DNA of 64,000 bases, taken from Candidatus Marinacidobacterales bacterium. GTDB taxonomy: Bacteria; Acidobacteriota; Vicinamibacteria; Marinacidobacterales; SMYC01. The position numbers and the translations under genes were made by a program. The stretch covers positions 3,623,898 through 3,687,897 of the forward strand of contig OZ240210.1 of the NCBI GenBank assembly GCA_965197495.1, in the 5' to 3' direction. The notes under the pieces were generated by a model. The model saw only the letters and a program-made list of their open reading frames with translations. It was not told the origin of the DNA and searched no databases. Every line of letters starts with the position of its first letter. The first letter of the stretch is position 1. Positions 19,876-31,132 of the stretch are shown one piece after another.

Positions 19876-20382
19876 ATGTTACGAAAAAAAGTCGATGCCA
19901 GCCAACTCGACCTCAAAGACCAGGTCGTCAGCATCAACCGCGTCACGAAGGTCGTCAAGGGAGGAAAGAACCTCTCTTTCAGCGCGCTCGTCGTCGTGGG
20001 CGACGGTAAAGGCCATGTGGGCTTTGGCCTCGGAAAAGCCAAAGAGGTTCCCTCCGCCATTCGTAAGGGGATCGAGATCGCCAAGAAGACGTTGGTCCGC
20101 GTGCCGCTTTCGGGCGGCACCATTCCGCATCAGGTGATGGGCGTTTTCGGCGCGGGCCGTGTCTTGCTCAAGCCTGCCACCGAGGGCACGGGCGTTATCG
20201 CGGGCGGCGCGGTGCGTGCGGTCGTGGAAGCGGCCGGCATCCGGGACATTCTCACGAAGTCTCTCGGTACCGCCAATCCGCACAACGTGGTCAAGGCCAC
20301 CATGACCGGGCTCAGTGAGCTTCGGAGCGCCGAAGATGTGGCGCGCCTGCGTGGCAAGGACGTGGCCGAGATCATGGGTTAA
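19876..20382 (+). CDS. rpsE: 30S ribosomal protein S5
   Basis: [18 protein letters not shown]. Confidence 0.99.
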   Translation: MLRKKVDASQLDLKDQVVSINRVTKVVKGGKNLSFSALVVVGDGKGHVGFGLGKAKEVPSAIRKGIEIAKKTLVRVPLSGGTIPHQVMGVFGAGRVLLKPATEGTGVIAGGAVRAVVEAAGIRDILTKSLGTANPHNVVKATMTGLSELRSAEDVARLRGKDVAEIMG

Positions 20383-20386
20383 ATCG

Positions 20387-20674
20387 ATGTCTGACGAAAA
20401 GCCTGAAGTTAAAAAAAAGACCGCGACAAAAAAGACCGCGAAGAAAAAGACGGTGAAGAAAAAGACGTCGAAGTCAAAAAAGAGGACGTCGAAAAAAGGC
20501 ATCCTGAAGCTGAAGCTCGTCAAGAGCTTGATCGGCTCAACGAAGCGGCAACGAGAGACGGTGAAAGGTCTCGGACTTCGGAAGATCCGACACAGCGTCG
20601 AGCGGCAGGACACTCCGGAAATCCGCGGGATGGTGACCAAGGTTCTCCATCTCCTCGAAGTCGAAAAATCATAG
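20387..20674 (+). CDS. rpmD: 50S ribosomal protein L30 with Lys-rich N-terminal extension
   Basis: Core [23 protein letters not shown]; ATG at 20387. Confidence 0.95.
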   Translation: MSDEKPEVKKKTATKKTAKKKTVKKKTSKSKKRTSKKGILKLKLVKSLIGSTKRQRETVKGLGLRKIRHSVERQDTPEIRGMVTKVLHLLEVEKS

Positions 20675-20708
20675 AAGCATTAATGGCAACGGAAAACTGG
20701 AACTGAAA

Positions 20709-21155
20709 ATGAGCCTAGAATCACTCAAGCCCGCAGCGGGTGCGCTCAAATCGAAGCGGCGCATCGGTCGAGGTCCGGGATCAGGCCGGGGCAAGACCGC
20801 AGGCCGCGGTCATAAGGGCGCCAAGTCGCGCTCCGGCTACTCTCGGCGCCGTGGTTTCGAAGGCGGACAGATGCCCCTTATCCGCCGAGTGCCGAAGCGA
20901 GGGTTCACCAACATCTTCAAGAAGCATATCGAGACGGTGAACGTATGCGATCTGGATCGCCTGCCCGAGGGTTCGGTGGTGACACCGGAGCTTCTCGTGC
21001 AGCAGCGGCTCATTCGCAAGCGTTACGACGGCGTGAAAGTGCTCGGAAACGGTGAGCTCAAGACGAAGCTCGTCGTCCAGGCCCACGCCTTCAGTGAGAC
21101 CGCCAAGTCCAAAATCGAAGCCGCCGGGGGACGTGTCGAGGAGCTCAAGGCGTGA
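20709..21155 (+). CDS. rplO: 50S ribosomal protein L15
   Basis: [20 protein letters not shown]. Confidence 0.99.
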   Translation: MSLESLKPAAGALKSKRRIGRGPGSGRGKTAGRGHKGAKSRSGYSRRRGFEGGQMPLIRRVPKRGFTNIFKKHIETVNVCDLDRLPEGSVVTPELLVQQRLIRKRYDGVKVLGNGELKTKLVVQAHAFSETAKSKIEAAGGRVEELKA

Positions 21156-22537
21156 TCAAGAGCCTCAAGAACATATTCAAAATTCCGGAACTGAGGAACC
21201 GTGTTCTGTTCACTCTGGCAATGCTCGCCATTTATCGGCTGGGAAATCATGTTCCCACGCCCGGTGTCGACGCGCGCGCGCTCACGGATTTCTTCGATTC
21301 GAATCGAGGGACGTGGTTCGGTTTCGTGGATATGTTCTCCGGCGGGAACCTCTCTAAGGTGACCGTTTTCGCGCTCGGCATCATGCCTTATATCAGCGCT
21401 TCGATCATCCTCCAGCTTCTGACCGTCGTTTGGCCTTATCTGGAAAAGCTGTCGAAGGAAGGCGAGCTCGGACGGAAGAAGATCACGCAATATACGCGCT
21501 ACGGCACCGTGCTCCTTGCCGTCATTCAGTCCGGCGGGATCGCGGCGTTCCTGCAGAACACCGAGCTCACGGGCGGTCTCACGCTCGTCGCCAATCCCGG
21601 GCTCCCTTTCACGTTGATGACGGTGCTCACGCTCACCGCGGGCACCGTCTTCATCATGTGGCTTGGTGAGCAGATCACGGAGCGTGGCATCGGTAACGGC
21701 ATGTCGCTTCTGATCTTCGCCGGTATCGTGGTCGGCTTCCCGCCGGGCATCATCTCGACGCTTGGGAACCTATCGACGGGCGAGCAGGGCCCGTTCCAGA
21801 TCATCTTGCTCACCGCCTTCATGGTCGTGGTCGTCAGCTTCATCGTCCATGTCGAGCGTGCCCAGCGGCGCATCCCGGTCCAATATGCGAAGCGCGTCGT
21901 CGGCCGGAAGATGTATCAAGGGCAATCCACCCATCTGCCGCTCAAAGTGAACACGGGCGGCGTCATCCCCGTGATTTTCGCGAGCTCCATCATCGCGCTG
22001 CCTCAGACCGTCGCATCCATGTTTCCGAACAGCGAGTGGATGAGTAATATCGCTCTGCAGCTCGCCTGGGGCATGCCGCTCTATACGCTCCTCTACGTCG
22101 CGGCGATCGTGTTCTTCTGTTACTTCTACACCGCCATCATCTTCAATCCCGATGACGTCGCCGACAACATGAGAAAATTTGGCGGCTACGTCCCCGGCAT
22201 CCGACCTGGTAAGCGCACCGCCGAATATATCGATAACATTCTCACGCGTTTGACCTTTGGCGGCGCCATCTATTTGGCGGCGGTCTCGGTGCTCCCCGAG
22301 TGGATGATCGCCGGTTTCCGCGTCGGTGAGTTTCCTCTCATCGGAACTTGGCTCGACAGCTTTTTGCCGACCTGGATCACGGAAGGGCTCGGCGTGGATT
22401 TCTATTTCGGCGGCACGTCGCTTCTCATCATCGTCGGTGTGTCCATGGATACGGTGCAGCAGGTCGAAAGCCAGCTCATCATGCGGCACTATGACGGCTT
22501 CATGAAACGCGGTCGGGTCCGGGGACGCCGAGGTTAG
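21152..22537 (+). CDS. secY: preprotein translocase SecY
   Basis: [33 protein letters not shown]. Confidence 0.99.
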   Translation: MIKSLKNIFKIPELRNRVLFTLAMLAIYRLGNHVPTPGVDARALTDFFDSNRGTWFGFVDMFSGGNLSKVTVFALGIMPYISASIILQLLTVVWPYLEKLSKEGELGRKKITQYTRYGTVLLAVIQSGGIAAFLQNTELTGGLTLVANPGLPFTLMTVLTLTAGTVFIMWLGEQITERGIGNGMSLLIFAGIVVGFPPGIISTLGNLSTGEQGPFQIILLTAFMVVVVSFIVHVERAQRRIPVQYAKRVVGRKMYQGQSTHLPLKVNTGGVIPVIFASSIIALPQTVASMFPNSEWMSNIALQLAWGMPLYTLLYVAAIVFFCYFYTAIIFNPDDVADNMRKFGGYVPGIRPGKRTAEYIDNILTRLTFGGAIYLAAVSVLPEWMIAGFRVGEFPLIGTWLDSFLPTWITEGLGVDFYFGGTSLLIIVGVSMDTVQQVESQLIMRHYDGFMKRGRVRGRRG

Positions 22538-22546
22538 GCGATAGCC

Positions 22547-23122
22547 ATGATACGGCTGATACTTTTGGGGCCACCGGGAGCGGGCAAAGGCACGCAGGCG
22601 GCGCGCCTGGCCACGGAGCTCGGGATTCCGCATATCTCCACGGGCGTCATCTTGCGCGAGGCGGCTCGGGCGGAGACGGAGCTCGGGCGGAAGGCCAAAG
22701 AGATCATGGATCGCGGCCAGCTCGTGGGTGACGACGTGATGCTCGGGATTATCCGGGAGCGACTCGCGGAGGACGATTGCGGTGGCGGCTTTATCCTTGA
22801 CGGCTTTCCCCGGACCATCCCGCAAGCGGAGGCGCTCGACGCGCTCCTAGGCGAAGCGGAGACGCCGCCTTTGGCCGTCGCCAATCTCGAGCTCGATGAA
22901 GACGAGCTCCGGCGGCGGATTGCGGGCCGGCGCGGCGAAGATCAACGCTCGGATGACAGCGAAGAGACCATGCTGAACCGCTTCCACGTCTATCAGAAGC
23001 AGACGGCGCCCCTTTTGGACTATTATAGGGATAGGGTTTCGGCCATCGACGGCCGGGGCACGGTCGACGCGGTTTTCGAGAGACTCACGAGCCTTCTTAC
23101 CTCGACGAAGGAGCGTGAATGA
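22547..23122 (+). CDS. adk: adenylate kinase (short-LID type)
   Basis: GPPGAGKGTQ, LDGFPRT, R..RSDD without LID domain. Confidence 0.96.
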   Translation: MIRLILLGPPGAGKGTQAARLATELGIPHISTGVILREAARAETELGRKAKEIMDRGQLVGDDVMLGIIRERLAEDDCGGGFILDGFPRTIPQAEALDALLGEAETPPLAVANLELDEDELRRRIAGRRGEDQRSDDSEETMLNRFHVYQKQTAPLLDYYRDRVSAIDGRGTVDAVFERLTSLLTSTKERE

Positions 23123-23901
23123 TTCGTCGTCGCTCCGACAAAGAGTTCGAGAAGATGCACCAGGCGAACGCCGTAGTAGTGCACACACTCGAGCTCTTGA
23201 AGACGGCGCTCGAGCCGGGCATCACGACGGCGGAGCTCGACCGCATCGCGGCGGATTCGCTCATGCGCGAGGGCGCCAAAGCGGCGTTCAAAGGCTATCG
23301 CGGTTTTCCCGCGTCGCTCTGCGTTTCGGTCAACGATGAGGTCGTACACGGGATACCGTCGGAGAAGAAGGTTCTCGCCGAGGGTGACATCGTGAGCTTG
23401 GACTTGGGTTCAATCGTGGACGGCTATTATGGCGACAACGCCATGACCGTGGGTGTCGGAGTTATTCAGGCGCGGCATGCGAGGCTTCTCACCGTAGCCG
23501 AGCAGGCGATGTTCAAGGGAATCGAGGCCATGGAGGCCGGCAACCATATTTCGGATATCGGTTATGCGGTGCAAAGCCGTGTGGAGCGCCACGGCTATTC
23601 GGTCGTGCGCGATTTCGTGGGCCACGGCATCGGCCGGGCGCTTCACGAGGACCCACCAGTACCGAACTTCGTACAAGCGGGCCGCGACCCGCGTTTGAAA
23701 AAGGGTATGTGCCTCGCGATCGAGCCGATGGTCAATACCGGCGAGAGTCATGTGAAGACTTTGGCAGATAAGTGGACGGTCGTGACCGCCGATGGCGGCT
23801 TTTCCGCTCACTTCGAGCGCTCGGTGGCCATCACCGATTCGGGCCCGTGGATTCTCGCGGAGCCCAGGCGGGTTTATTCCGAGGGAGCTAGCGTTGTCTA
23901 A
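23119..23901 (+). CDS. map: methionine aminopeptidase type I
   Basis: [28 protein letters not shown]. Confidence 0.98.
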   Translation: MIRRRSDKEFEKMHQANAVVVHTLELLKTALEPGITTAELDRIAADSLMREGAKAAFKGYRGFPASLCVSVNDEVVHGIPSEKKVLAEGDIVSLDLGSIVDGYYGDNAMTVGVGVIQARHARLLTVAEQAMFKGIEAMEAGNHISDIGYAVQSRVERHGYSVVRDFVGHGIGRALHEDPPVPNFVQAGRDPRLKKGMCLAIEPMVNTGESHVKTLADKWTVVTADGGFSAHFERSVAITDSGPWILAEPRRVYSEGASVV

Positions 23902-23921
23902 TTGTTCTAAGGAGGCTAGCG

Positions 23922-24140
23922 TTGTCTAAAGAAGATGCCATCGAAGTCTCGGCAACAGTGCTCGAGCCGCTTCCGAACGCGATGTTCAAAGTCGAGCTGG
24001 ACAATAAACATAAAGTTCTCGCGCATGTCTCGGGGAAGATGCGCAAGCATTTCATCCGCATCCTTCCCGGCGACAAGGTCCTGGTAGAGCTTTCGCCCTA
24101 CGACCTGACGCGAGGTCGCATCGTCTATCGATACAAGTGA
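23922..24140 (+). CDS. infA: translation initiation factor IF-1
   Basis: [25 protein letters not shown]. Confidence 0.99.
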   Translation: MSKEDAIEVSATVLEPLPNAMFKVELDNKHKVLAHVSGKMRKHFIRILPGDKVLVELSPYDLTRGRIVYRYK

Positions 24141-24158
24141 GTCTGAAAGGAAGCCATC

Positions 24159-24272
24159 ATGAAAGTCAGAGCCTCCGTTCGGCGCTTTTGCACGAAATGC
24201 AAAATTGTTCGTCGTAACCGTGTTGTGCGGGTGATTTGTGTCAACCCCAAGCACAAACAACGACAGGGTTGA
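24159..24272 (+). CDS. rpmJ: 50S ribosomal protein L36 (below ORF-track cutoff)
   Basis: Manual translation [37 protein letters not shown]. Confidence 0.97.
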   Translation: MKVRASVRRFCTKCKIVRRNRVVRVICVNPKHKQRQG

Positions 24273-24314
24273 GCTTACGGATAAGGAACTAGGGGAACTA
24301 AAGGAGAAGCTAGC

Positions 24315-24680
24315 GTGGCACGTATTGCCGGAGTGGATTTGCCGCGAGAAAAGCGGATCGGCATTGGCCTAACCCATATTTATGGTATCGGCCACGTCCG
24401 GTCTGCGAAGATTCTCGCCAAGGCGGGGATCGAGCCCGCGACTCGCGTCAAGGAGTTGACCGAGCAGCAGGTCAGTCAGATCAGCAGGACGATCGACGAC
24501 GAAGGAGGTGTCGAGGGTGATCTGCGCAAGGAAGTCTCGATGAACATCAAGCGATTGATGGATATCGGGGCCTATCGCGGTCTTCGTCATCGCCGCGGTC
24601 TCCCGGCGCGGGGGCAGCGCACGAGCACCAATGCCAGGACGCGCAAAGGGCCGAAGCGTGGCCAGATGAGGAAGAGGTAG
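24315..24680 (+). CDS. rpsM: 30S ribosomal protein S13
   Basis: [27 protein letters not shown]. Confidence 0.99.
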   Translation: MARIAGVDLPREKRIGIGLTHIYGIGHVRSAKILAKAGIEPATRVKELTEQQVSQISRTIDDEGGVEGDLRKEVSMNIKRLMDIGAYRGLRHRRGLPARGQRTSTNARTRKGPKRGQMRKR

Positions 24681-24687
24681 TCACGTC

Positions 24688-25107
24688 ATGGCCAAGAAGA
24701 AGAAGAAAAAAGACGAGAAGAAGGGCAAGCGCAAGACCTTCAAGAAGAAGGAAAAACGCACGCTCTTGAGTGGGATCGCCCATATTCAAGCGACCTTCAA
24801 CAACACGCACGTGACCGTCTCCGACATGGAAGGCAATGTCGTGGCTTGGGCGAGCGCGGGCGGCCTTGGTTTCAAAGGCTCGCGCAAAGGAACGCCTTTC
24901 GCGGCGCAGCAGGCCGCGAGCCAGGTGGCTCAAGCGGTGAGGTCCATGGGATGCAAGAGCTTGGAGGTTAGGGTGAAAGGGCCTGGCTCCGGCCGCGAAT
25001 CCGCCATCCGCGCGCTTCAAGCGGCGGGGATCATTGTCAAGTCCATCCGCGACGTGACCCCGATCCCGCATAATGGCTGCCGCCCTCCCAAGCGGCGCCG
25101 GGTGTAA
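24688..25107 (+). CDS. rpsK: 30S ribosomal protein S11
   Basis: [24 protein letters not shown]. Confidence 0.99.
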   Translation: MAKKKKKKDEKKGKRKTFKKKEKRTLLSGIAHIQATFNNTHVTVSDMEGNVVAWASAGGLGFKGSRKGTPFAAQQAASQVAQAVRSMGCKSLEVRVKGPGSGRESAIRALQAAGIIVKSIRDVTPIPHNGCRPPKRRRV

Positions 25108-25197
25108 CCGTTATGCCGGGTGTAGCCGTTATTAATGACATGAATGACATGAACGCTGAATGCCGAGAGCCGAGCGCTTCCGGCCGGGAGGACACTA

Positions 25198-25827
25198 TTG
25201 GCTAGGTATCGCGGTCCAGTTTGCCGGCTTTGCCGGCGCGAAGGGATGAAGCTCTTCCTGAAAGGGGAGCGTTGCTTCGGCCCGAAATGCGCCATCGAGA
25301 AGCGGAACTTCGCTCCGGGCGCTCACGGCAAGTCTCGTCGAGCGCGCATCCAGGGCTATGGGCTCCAACTGCGAGAAAAGCAGAAGGTCAAAAGAGCCTA
25401 TGGGCTTCTCGAGAAGCAATTCCGGCTCTATTTCGAGCGCGCCGAGCGCACGCGTGGCATCACGGGAGAGATCTTGTTGCAGTCGCTCGAGCGGCGACTC
25501 GACAACACGGTCTATCGGCTCGGCTTCGCCACGTCGCGGCCTCAAGCGCGTCTGCTCGTCCGCCACGGTCACGTACGTGTCGGTGACCGACGGCTCAACA
25601 TCCCGTCTTATGCCGTGCGCGAAGGCGACCTCGTTTCCATCAGTCCGAAATATGCACAACACTCTCAGTTTCAGCACGCCGCCGAAGTGGTCAAGAGCCG
25701 CGGCGTGCCCAAGTGGTTGGAGCTCAACGAAGAGGGTACAACAGGCAGGGTCGCGGCGCTTCCCGCTCGTGACGACCTGGAGCTTTCATTTCAAGAACAG
25801 CTCATCGTCGAGCTCTATTCGAAGTAA
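25198..25827 (+). CDS. rpsD: 30S ribosomal protein S4
   Basis: [25 protein letters not shown]. Confidence 0.99.
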   Translation: MARYRGPVCRLCRREGMKLFLKGERCFGPKCAIEKRNFAPGAHGKSRRARIQGYGLQLREKQKVKRAYGLLEKQFRLYFERAERTRGITGEILLQSLERRLDNTVYRLGFATSRPQARLLVRHGHVRVGDRRLNIPSYAVREGDLVSISPKYAQHSQFQHAAEVVKSRGVPKWLELNEEGTTGRVAALPARDDLELSFQEQLIVELYSK

Positions 25828-25888
25828 GTCGTTTTACAGCAGGGTCCCGCGCTTGCCGCGGGACGACCAGAGGAGGTCTTTCGAACAT

Positions 25889-26848
25889 ATGCTCTGGACA
25901 GGATTTCAAAAGCCCAAGCGGCTCGAGGTCGACCATTCTACCCTGACCCGAACATTCGGCCGGTTCTACGCGCAGCCATTCGAACGTGGTTTCGGAACCA
26001 CGATCGGAAACGCACTCAGGCGCGTGCTCCTGTCGTCCATCGAAGGTGCGGCCATCACGGCCGTGAAGATCGATGGCGTGCTCCACGAGTTCTCCCCAAT
26101 TCCGGGAGCGCTCGAGGACTCAACCGAGATTATCTTGAACTTGAAACGCATCCCTTTCAAGCTGCGCACGCCTGGGCCGAAGACGGTCACGCTTCATGCC
26201 CAGGGCGAAGGCGTCGTGAAGTCGGGCGATATCGATCTTCCGTCGGATGTCGAAGTTCTCGATCCCGAAATCCCGATTGCCAACTTGTCCGCGTCGGGAA
26301 AGCTCGGCATCGAGATACGCCTCAATGACGGCATGGGCTATGTTTCGGCCGACAAGAACTTCGAAGAGGACCTTTCGATCGGCTATATCCCGCTCGACTC
26401 CGTCCATTCGCCCATCAAGAAGGTGAACTATGTCGTCGAGGCTGCTCGCGTGGGGCAAGCCACCGATTACGACAAGTTGACTATAGATGTTTGGACGAGT
26501 GGCTGTGTGACGCCACAGGACGCGGTCGGCCTCGCGTCGAAGCTTATCAAGGATCACCTGACCATCTTCGTCAACTTCGAGGAAGAGATTGCGGTGGACG
26601 AGACCGTGACCGAGACCGAGCGTGACGCGATTGTGGAACATCTGAACCGCAGCGTCGATGAGCTCGAGCTCTCCGTCCGCTCGTATAACTGCTTGAAGAA
26701 CGCGGATATCAAGACGATCGGTGAGCTCGTGACCAAGTCGGAAGCGGAAATGCTGAAGACGAAGAATTTCGGGCGCAAGTCCCTCAATGAGATCAAAGAG
26801 ATTCTGGGAACGATGGGGCTTTCGCTGGGGATGAGAATCGAGACATGA
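25889..26848 (+). CDS. rpoA: RNA polymerase alpha subunit
   Basis: [32 protein letters not shown]; ATG at 25889 after GGAGG. Confidence 0.99.
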   Translation: MLWTGFQKPKRLEVDHSTLTRTFGRFYAQPFERGFGTTIGNALRRVLLSSIEGAAITAVKIDGVLHEFSPIPGALEDSTEIILNLKRIPFKLRTPGPKTVTLHAQGEGVVKSGDIDLPSDVEVLDPEIPIANLSASGKLGIEIRLNDGMGYVSADKNFEEDLSIGYIPLDSVHSPIKKVNYVVEAARVGQATDYDKLTIDVWTSGCVTPQDAVGLASKLIKDHLTIFVNFEEEIAVDETVTETERDAIVEHLNRSVDELELSVRSYNCLKNADIKTIGELVTKSEAEMLKTKNFGRKSLNEIKEILGTMGLSLGMRIET

Positions 26849-27306
26849 GACATCGCGTCGCTCATCGCAAGCTCAGCCGCACTTCCGAGCATCGGCTGAG
26901 CTTGCTACGCAACCTGGCGGCATCCCTGATCAAACACGAGCGCGTTCGCACGACGGTAGCCAAAGCGAAGGAGCTACGGCCTTTCGTGGAAAAGCTCGTG
27001 ACGCTTGGAAAAAGGGATTCGCTCCATGCCCGCCGCCAGGCGCTATCCATCCTTCCTCAGAAGGACGTAGTGCGTCGGCTCTTCGGTGAGATCTCGCCGC
27101 GCTTTTCCGAGCGCCCGGGCGGCTATACCCGCATCTTGAAACTCGGTCCGCGCAGCGGTGACGGTGCGCCGATGGCGTTCATCGAGTTCGTGGACTTCGT
27201 CTTCAAAGGCGCGGATGGAGCACGCGAAGCGAAGAAGAAAAAGTCGAAGCCCAAGGACGAGCCTGAGGAAGTCGATGCGTCGGCCCGAAGCCAAAGAGGA
27301 CACTGA
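26845..27306 (+). CDS. rplQ: 50S ribosomal protein L17 (acidic tail probably frameshifted; would otherwise end at 27342)
   Basis: [25 protein letters not shown]. Confidence 0.97.
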   Translation: MRHRVAHRKLSRTSEHRLSLLRNLAASLIKHERVRTTVAKAKELRPFVEKLVTLGKRDSLHARRQALSILPQKDVVRRLFGEISPRFSERPGGYTRILKLGPRSGDGAPMAFIEFVDFVFKGADGAREAKKKKSKPKDEPEEVDASARSQRGH

Positions 27307-27477
27307 GGATGACGGCGACGACGACGAGAAGGATTCCAAGTAGATTCGCTTCGATAACAAAAAAAAACGGCCCGGAGGGGACAGGTACCTTTTCTTGGAG
27401 GGGACCCCCTTTTCTACGTCGGTCACCGCAACTAAGCGCTGGTGCCAAATCACCCGTTACCGTCTATCGGTCCGGCA

Positions 27478-29556
27478 CTACGCTTTGGCTTCTTGCTCCG
27501 CCTTGCGTTCCGCGACGATCTTCTGAATCTGGTGTGCGGGCACTTCCTCGTAGTGGGAGAACTCCATGTGGAAGGCGCCGCGCCCGCCCGTCATCGACGT
27601 CAAAGCGGGCTCGTAGCTCAACATCTCCGCCATGGGCACCTGCGCTTTGATGGAGGTGGCGTTGCCTTTCGTGTCCATCCCCTGTGTGCGCCCGCGGCGT
27701 GAGTTGAGGTCGCCCATCACATCTCCGGTATTCTCCTCCGGGACGGTGATTTCCACATCCATGATGGGCTCGAGAAGCGTGGGCTTGCATTTCTGCATCG
27801 CTTCTTTGAACGCCATCGAGCCCGCGATCTTGAAGGCCATTTCGGACGAATCCACCGCGTGGTGTTTTCCATCGAAAACCGTGGCCTTGAAGTCGACCAT
27901 CGGATAGCCGGCGAGAAAACCTTTGAGCCGCGCTTGCTGAATGCCTTTCTCTACTGCGGGGATGAACTGCCTGGGGATGGAGCCACCAAAGACTTCGTTG
28001 CCGAACTGGAAATCGGCGCCGGATTCGAGGGGCTCGAAGCGCACGTGGCAATCGGCGAACTGGCCGTGGCCGCCCGTTTGTTTCTTGTGCCGCGCATGCG
28101 CCTCGGCCGTTCCTTTGATGGTCTCACGATACGGGACTTTCGGCGGATGAAGCTCGACTTCGACGCCGAATTTCTTTTTGAGGCGCGAGACGACGACTTC
28201 GATATGGAGCTGGCCGGTGCCGGAGAGAATGAGCTCACCCTCCCGGCGGAAACGCAGCATGTTGTCTTCTTCGCCCATGCGCTGGAGGGCCTGGTTGATC
28301 TTTTCTTCATCCCCCCGAGACTTCGGCTCGATGGCGAAGCTGATGACGGGCTCAGGAAACACGACCTTCTTAAAGGTGATGGGAGCGGACTTGTCGGCGA
28401 GAGTGTCCCCGGTATGGCTGTCCTTGAGCTTGGCGACCGAGCCGAGGTCCCCGGCTCGAATCTCATTGACAGCAACGGAGTCCTTCCCTTGTAAGAGCGC
28501 CAAGCTTCCGACGCGCTCGGCCGAGTCGGACGCCGTGTTCTGATACGAGGAGTCCGGCTTGAGAACACCGCTCATGACCCTGAACAAACTGATGCGCCCC
28601 GCGAACGGGTCGGCAATGGTCTTGAAAATAAGGGCGCTTGCCGGCTCTTCGCTCGAGATTTTGCGCGTGATCTCGTTGCCGTCGGCGTCGAGCGCGGTGG
28701 TCTCGCCGCGCGCGTCCGGCGCCGGGCCGAGCGCGACGAGAGCTTTCATGAGCGGTTGCACCGCAATGTTCTTGGCGCCGGCACAGGCGAAGACCGGGTA
28801 TACATTGCCCGCGAGAATCGCTTGTTTCAAACCCGAAAGGAGCTCTTCCGCGCTCAACTCGCCCTGGTCGAAATATTTTTCCATCAAGGCATCGTCGCCC
28901 TCGGCGACCATCTCCACGAGCGCGCCATGCGCGGCCTCGACTTCGTCTTTCATCTCCGTGGGGACGTCCTGTTCTTCGAACGAGCCTTTTTCGTCGTCTT
29001 CGTAGATATAGGCGCGCATCCCCACGAGATCGACGACGCCTTTGAAGCCACTTTCCTCCCCCACGGGGAGCTGGACGGGAACGGCCTCACGGCCAAACGC
29101 TTCTTTGACCGATTCGAGCGACCGAGAAAAACTGGAACGATCACGGTCGAGGCGGTTGATGACGATCATACGCGCGGGTCCGAACTCGTCCGCGAACTGC
29201 CAGACCTTTTCAGCCTGCACTTCGACCCCGGCGACGCCGCAGATGTTGGTGAGCATCGTGTCCGCCACTCGGAGGGCCAAGCGCGCCTCCTGGATGAAGT
29301 TGCCATATCCAGGCGTATCGAGAATGTTGAGTTTCGTTTTGTTCCACTCGCAATGGGCGAGCGACGTGGACAGGCTGATTTGGCGGGTAATCTCATCCGC
29401 GTCGAAATCGGTCACGGTATTACCGTCTTCGACCTTGCCAAGGCGGTTGACGGCGCCAGCATCGAACAGCATCGCCGATGTCAGCGAAGTCTTTCCAGAG
29501 CCACCGTGCCCCACGATGGCAACGTTGCGGATACCGGCAGTATCATAGATCTTCAT
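27478..29556 (-). CDS. elongation factor G paralogue (EF-G2)
   Basis: [39 protein letters not shown]; start at MKIYD after GGAGG. Confidence 0.95.
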   Translation of the reverse strand: MKIYDTAGIRNVAIVGHGGSGKTSLTSAMLFDAGAVNRLGKVEDGNTVTDFDADEITRQISLSTSLAHCEWNKTKLNILDTPGYGNFIQEARLALRVADTMLTNICGVAGVEVQAEKVWQFADEFGPARMIVINRLDRDRSSFSRSLESVKEAFGREAVPVQLPVGEESGFKGVVDLVGMRAYIYEDDEKGSFEEQDVPTEMKDEVEAAHGALVEMVAEGDDALMEKYFDQGELSAEELLSGLKQAILAGNVYPVFACAGAKNIAVQPLMKALVALGPAPDARGETTALDADGNEITRKISSEEPASALIFKTIADPFAGRISLFRVMSGVLKPDSSYQNTASDSAERVGSLALLQGKDSVAVNEIRAGDLGSVAKLKDSHTGDTLADKSAPITFKKVVFPEPVISFAIEPKSRGDEEKINQALQRMGEEDNMLRFRREGELILSGTGQLHIEVVVSRLKKKFGVEVELHPPKVPYRETIKGTAEAHARHKKQTGGHGQFADCHVRFEPLESGADFQFGNEVFGGSIPRQFIPAVEKGIQQARLKGFLAGYPMVDFKATVFDGKHHAVDSSEMAFKIAGSMAFKEAMQKCKPTLLEPIMDVEITVPEENTGDVMGDLNSRRGRTQGMDTKGNATSIKAQVPMAEMLSYEPALTSMTGGRGAFHMEFSHYEEVPAHQIQKIVAERKAEQEAKA

Positions 29557-29682
29557 CGGGCCTCCGTCGGATGTAAGAGGTAGGATCGGCCCCACCAGAC
29601 GCCCTTCCCTCCCTCCCTCGGGCGGGTCTTGGTTGAAACGCTGATCGGATTCCGGATTCCCCCTCGGATTCCTGAGCCGCGG

Positions 29683-29726
29683 ATTATACCATCGGCCCCT
29701 CGGGCCAAGCCATATCAAACTATAAT
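29683..29726. promoter_or_regulatory. divergent -10 boxes for EF-G2 (minus) and the pilM-like operon (plus)
   Basis: Minus-strand TGGTATAAT at 29691-29683; plus-strand TATAAT at 29721-29726. Confidence 0.5.
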
Positions 29727-29774
29727 TGGGGTCTGCGCGGACGGGCTGGTGGCTCGGATCCGGCGCGAGCAGTT

Positions 29775-30608
29775 ATGTCGAGCTTTTTCAGGCCTTTCCG
29801 ACGGGCACGCATTGGCCTCGCCTTTTCGGATCGTTTCGTCCTCGCCGTTCGCAACGGAGGGCCCCTGCGGATTGCGATGCGGGAGCTTCCCGTAGGGCTC
29901 GTAGCGCCCTCCTCGGTCTCCCCCAACATCCGCTCCGTCTCGGAGCTCGCCCAGCTCGCCGAAGACGCTCTAGGAGAGCTCGAAGCGCGCCGGGAAGGCG
30001 TCGTGGTTCTGTTGCCCGATCGTTCGATCGTAACGGCGCTCTACACCTCTCGTCGGGGGGCGTCGGAGAAAGAGCTCAAGGTCGAGATGGGTGCGAAACT
30101 GGCCTTTCCGAGTAGGGAGGCCCGCTTCGATTTCTGGCGAGGGCGCGGTGGCGAGGTGCTCGGCGTTGCGGTCCGCGAGGCGGTGGCCGAGAAATACGAG
30201 CAGGTCGTCGAGGCCACGGATAGCCGCCTCGGATGGGTCGATAGCGCGAGCCTGGCGAGAATCCCCGTCTGGGCGCGATCGTCCGGCGGGAGCGGGCTCG
30301 ACGTTCAGCTCCAACTCCACGAGAACCACTACTGTCTGTCGGTCTTCGTCGAGGGGGCGCTCGTCGATTTACGCGTCAAGCTCCGGCCAGCGGGCATATT
30401 GGACGGCGTGCAGCGAGAAGTGACGCGCTTGCCGGTCCTGCACGGCGTTCCCTCTCGCTCCATCACCGTGCTCGGGGAAGGTGCGGCCGCGCTCGCGGCC
30501 GTCCTCGAAGAGTTCCCAGACCTCGGACGCGTTCATGTCGAAGACGATGGTGAGGATCGTTTGCTGGCCTCGGCCCTGAGGGCTTTGCTCGAGCGTCCGC
30601 GGCCATGA
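29775..30608 (+). CDS. PilM/GspL-like type IV pilus / T2SS alignment protein (divergent)
   Basis: LPxGLVAPS..PNI, VVLLPD, YEQVV pattern; first of three coupled genes. Confidence 0.55.
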   Translation: MSSFFRPFRRARIGLAFSDRFVLAVRNGGPLRIAMRELPVGLVAPSSVSPNIRSVSELAQLAEDALGELEARREGVVVLLPDRSIVTALYTSRRGASEKELKVEMGAKLAFPSREARFDFWRGRGGEVLGVAVREAVAEKYEQVVEATDSRLGWVDSASLARIPVWARSSGGSGLDVQLQLHENHYCLSVFVEGALVDLRVKLRPAGILDGVQREVTRLPVLHGVPSRSITVLGEGAAALAAVLEEFPDLGRVHVEDDGEDRLLASALRALLERPRP

Positions 30609-31132
30609 ACGCTGGAATCTATCTCGGGCCGCGAAAAAGCGCTTGGCACCGCGCGCGAGCCCTGCTCCTGGCCTTCGCCGCCGTACTCACGCTCTTCCAC
30701 GGCATCGAGCGCTATCGTGGGCGCCAAGAGGTCGCGACGCTACGCGGCGAGCTTGCCGCAATAGAGAGAGAGCTTTCCGCGACGCTGTCTTCAGATTCAC
30801 TTCATGAAAGCCGCGCCGTCATGTGGCGGCTTCGCGCCGTCTCTGAATCCGGCGTGGCGGAAGCGATCCCGGCGACGGAGCTCTTGAAGCTCCTCGAACG
30901 AACATTACCAGGCCGTGTGGCTCTCGTGGGCGTTAGCATCGATCCTATCCCGCCCCGCGCAAGCTTGACGATCGAAGCTCGGGCCGAGCGCGCCGCGGAC
31001 GTGACGGAGCTTCAAAAAAACGTCGCGAGCTCGCCACGGGTGGCTGCGACCCAACTTCTCGAAGAGCGGCGAGCGCCGGACGGCTTGCTGACGATCCGCC
31101 TGGAGGTGGACTTGATCGGAGGGCGGCCATGA
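30605..31132 (+). CDS. PilN-like protein
   Basis: N-terminal TM, coiled coil, LLKLLERTLPGRVALVGV ferredoxin-like segment; ATGA coupling. Confidence 0.55.
   Translation: MNAGIYLGPRKSAWHRARALLLAFAAVLTLFHGIERYRGRQEVATLRGELAAIERELSATLSSDSLHESRAVMWRLRAVSESGVAEAIPATELLKLLERTLPGRVALVGVSIDPIPPRASLTIEARAERAADVTELQKNVASSPRVAATQLLEERRAPDGLLTIRLEVDLIGGRP

Noticed and set aside
25358-25888. N-terminal extensions on RpoA (similarly EF-G, L4, EF-G2, DHS)
   Set aside because: ORF-caller upstream starts; conserved starts lie downstream, most with an RBS
27359-27413. Terminator between rplQ and EF-G2
   Set aside because: A-run and GGAGGGGAC repeats are present but no convincing stem; possibly a REP-like relic, not supportable
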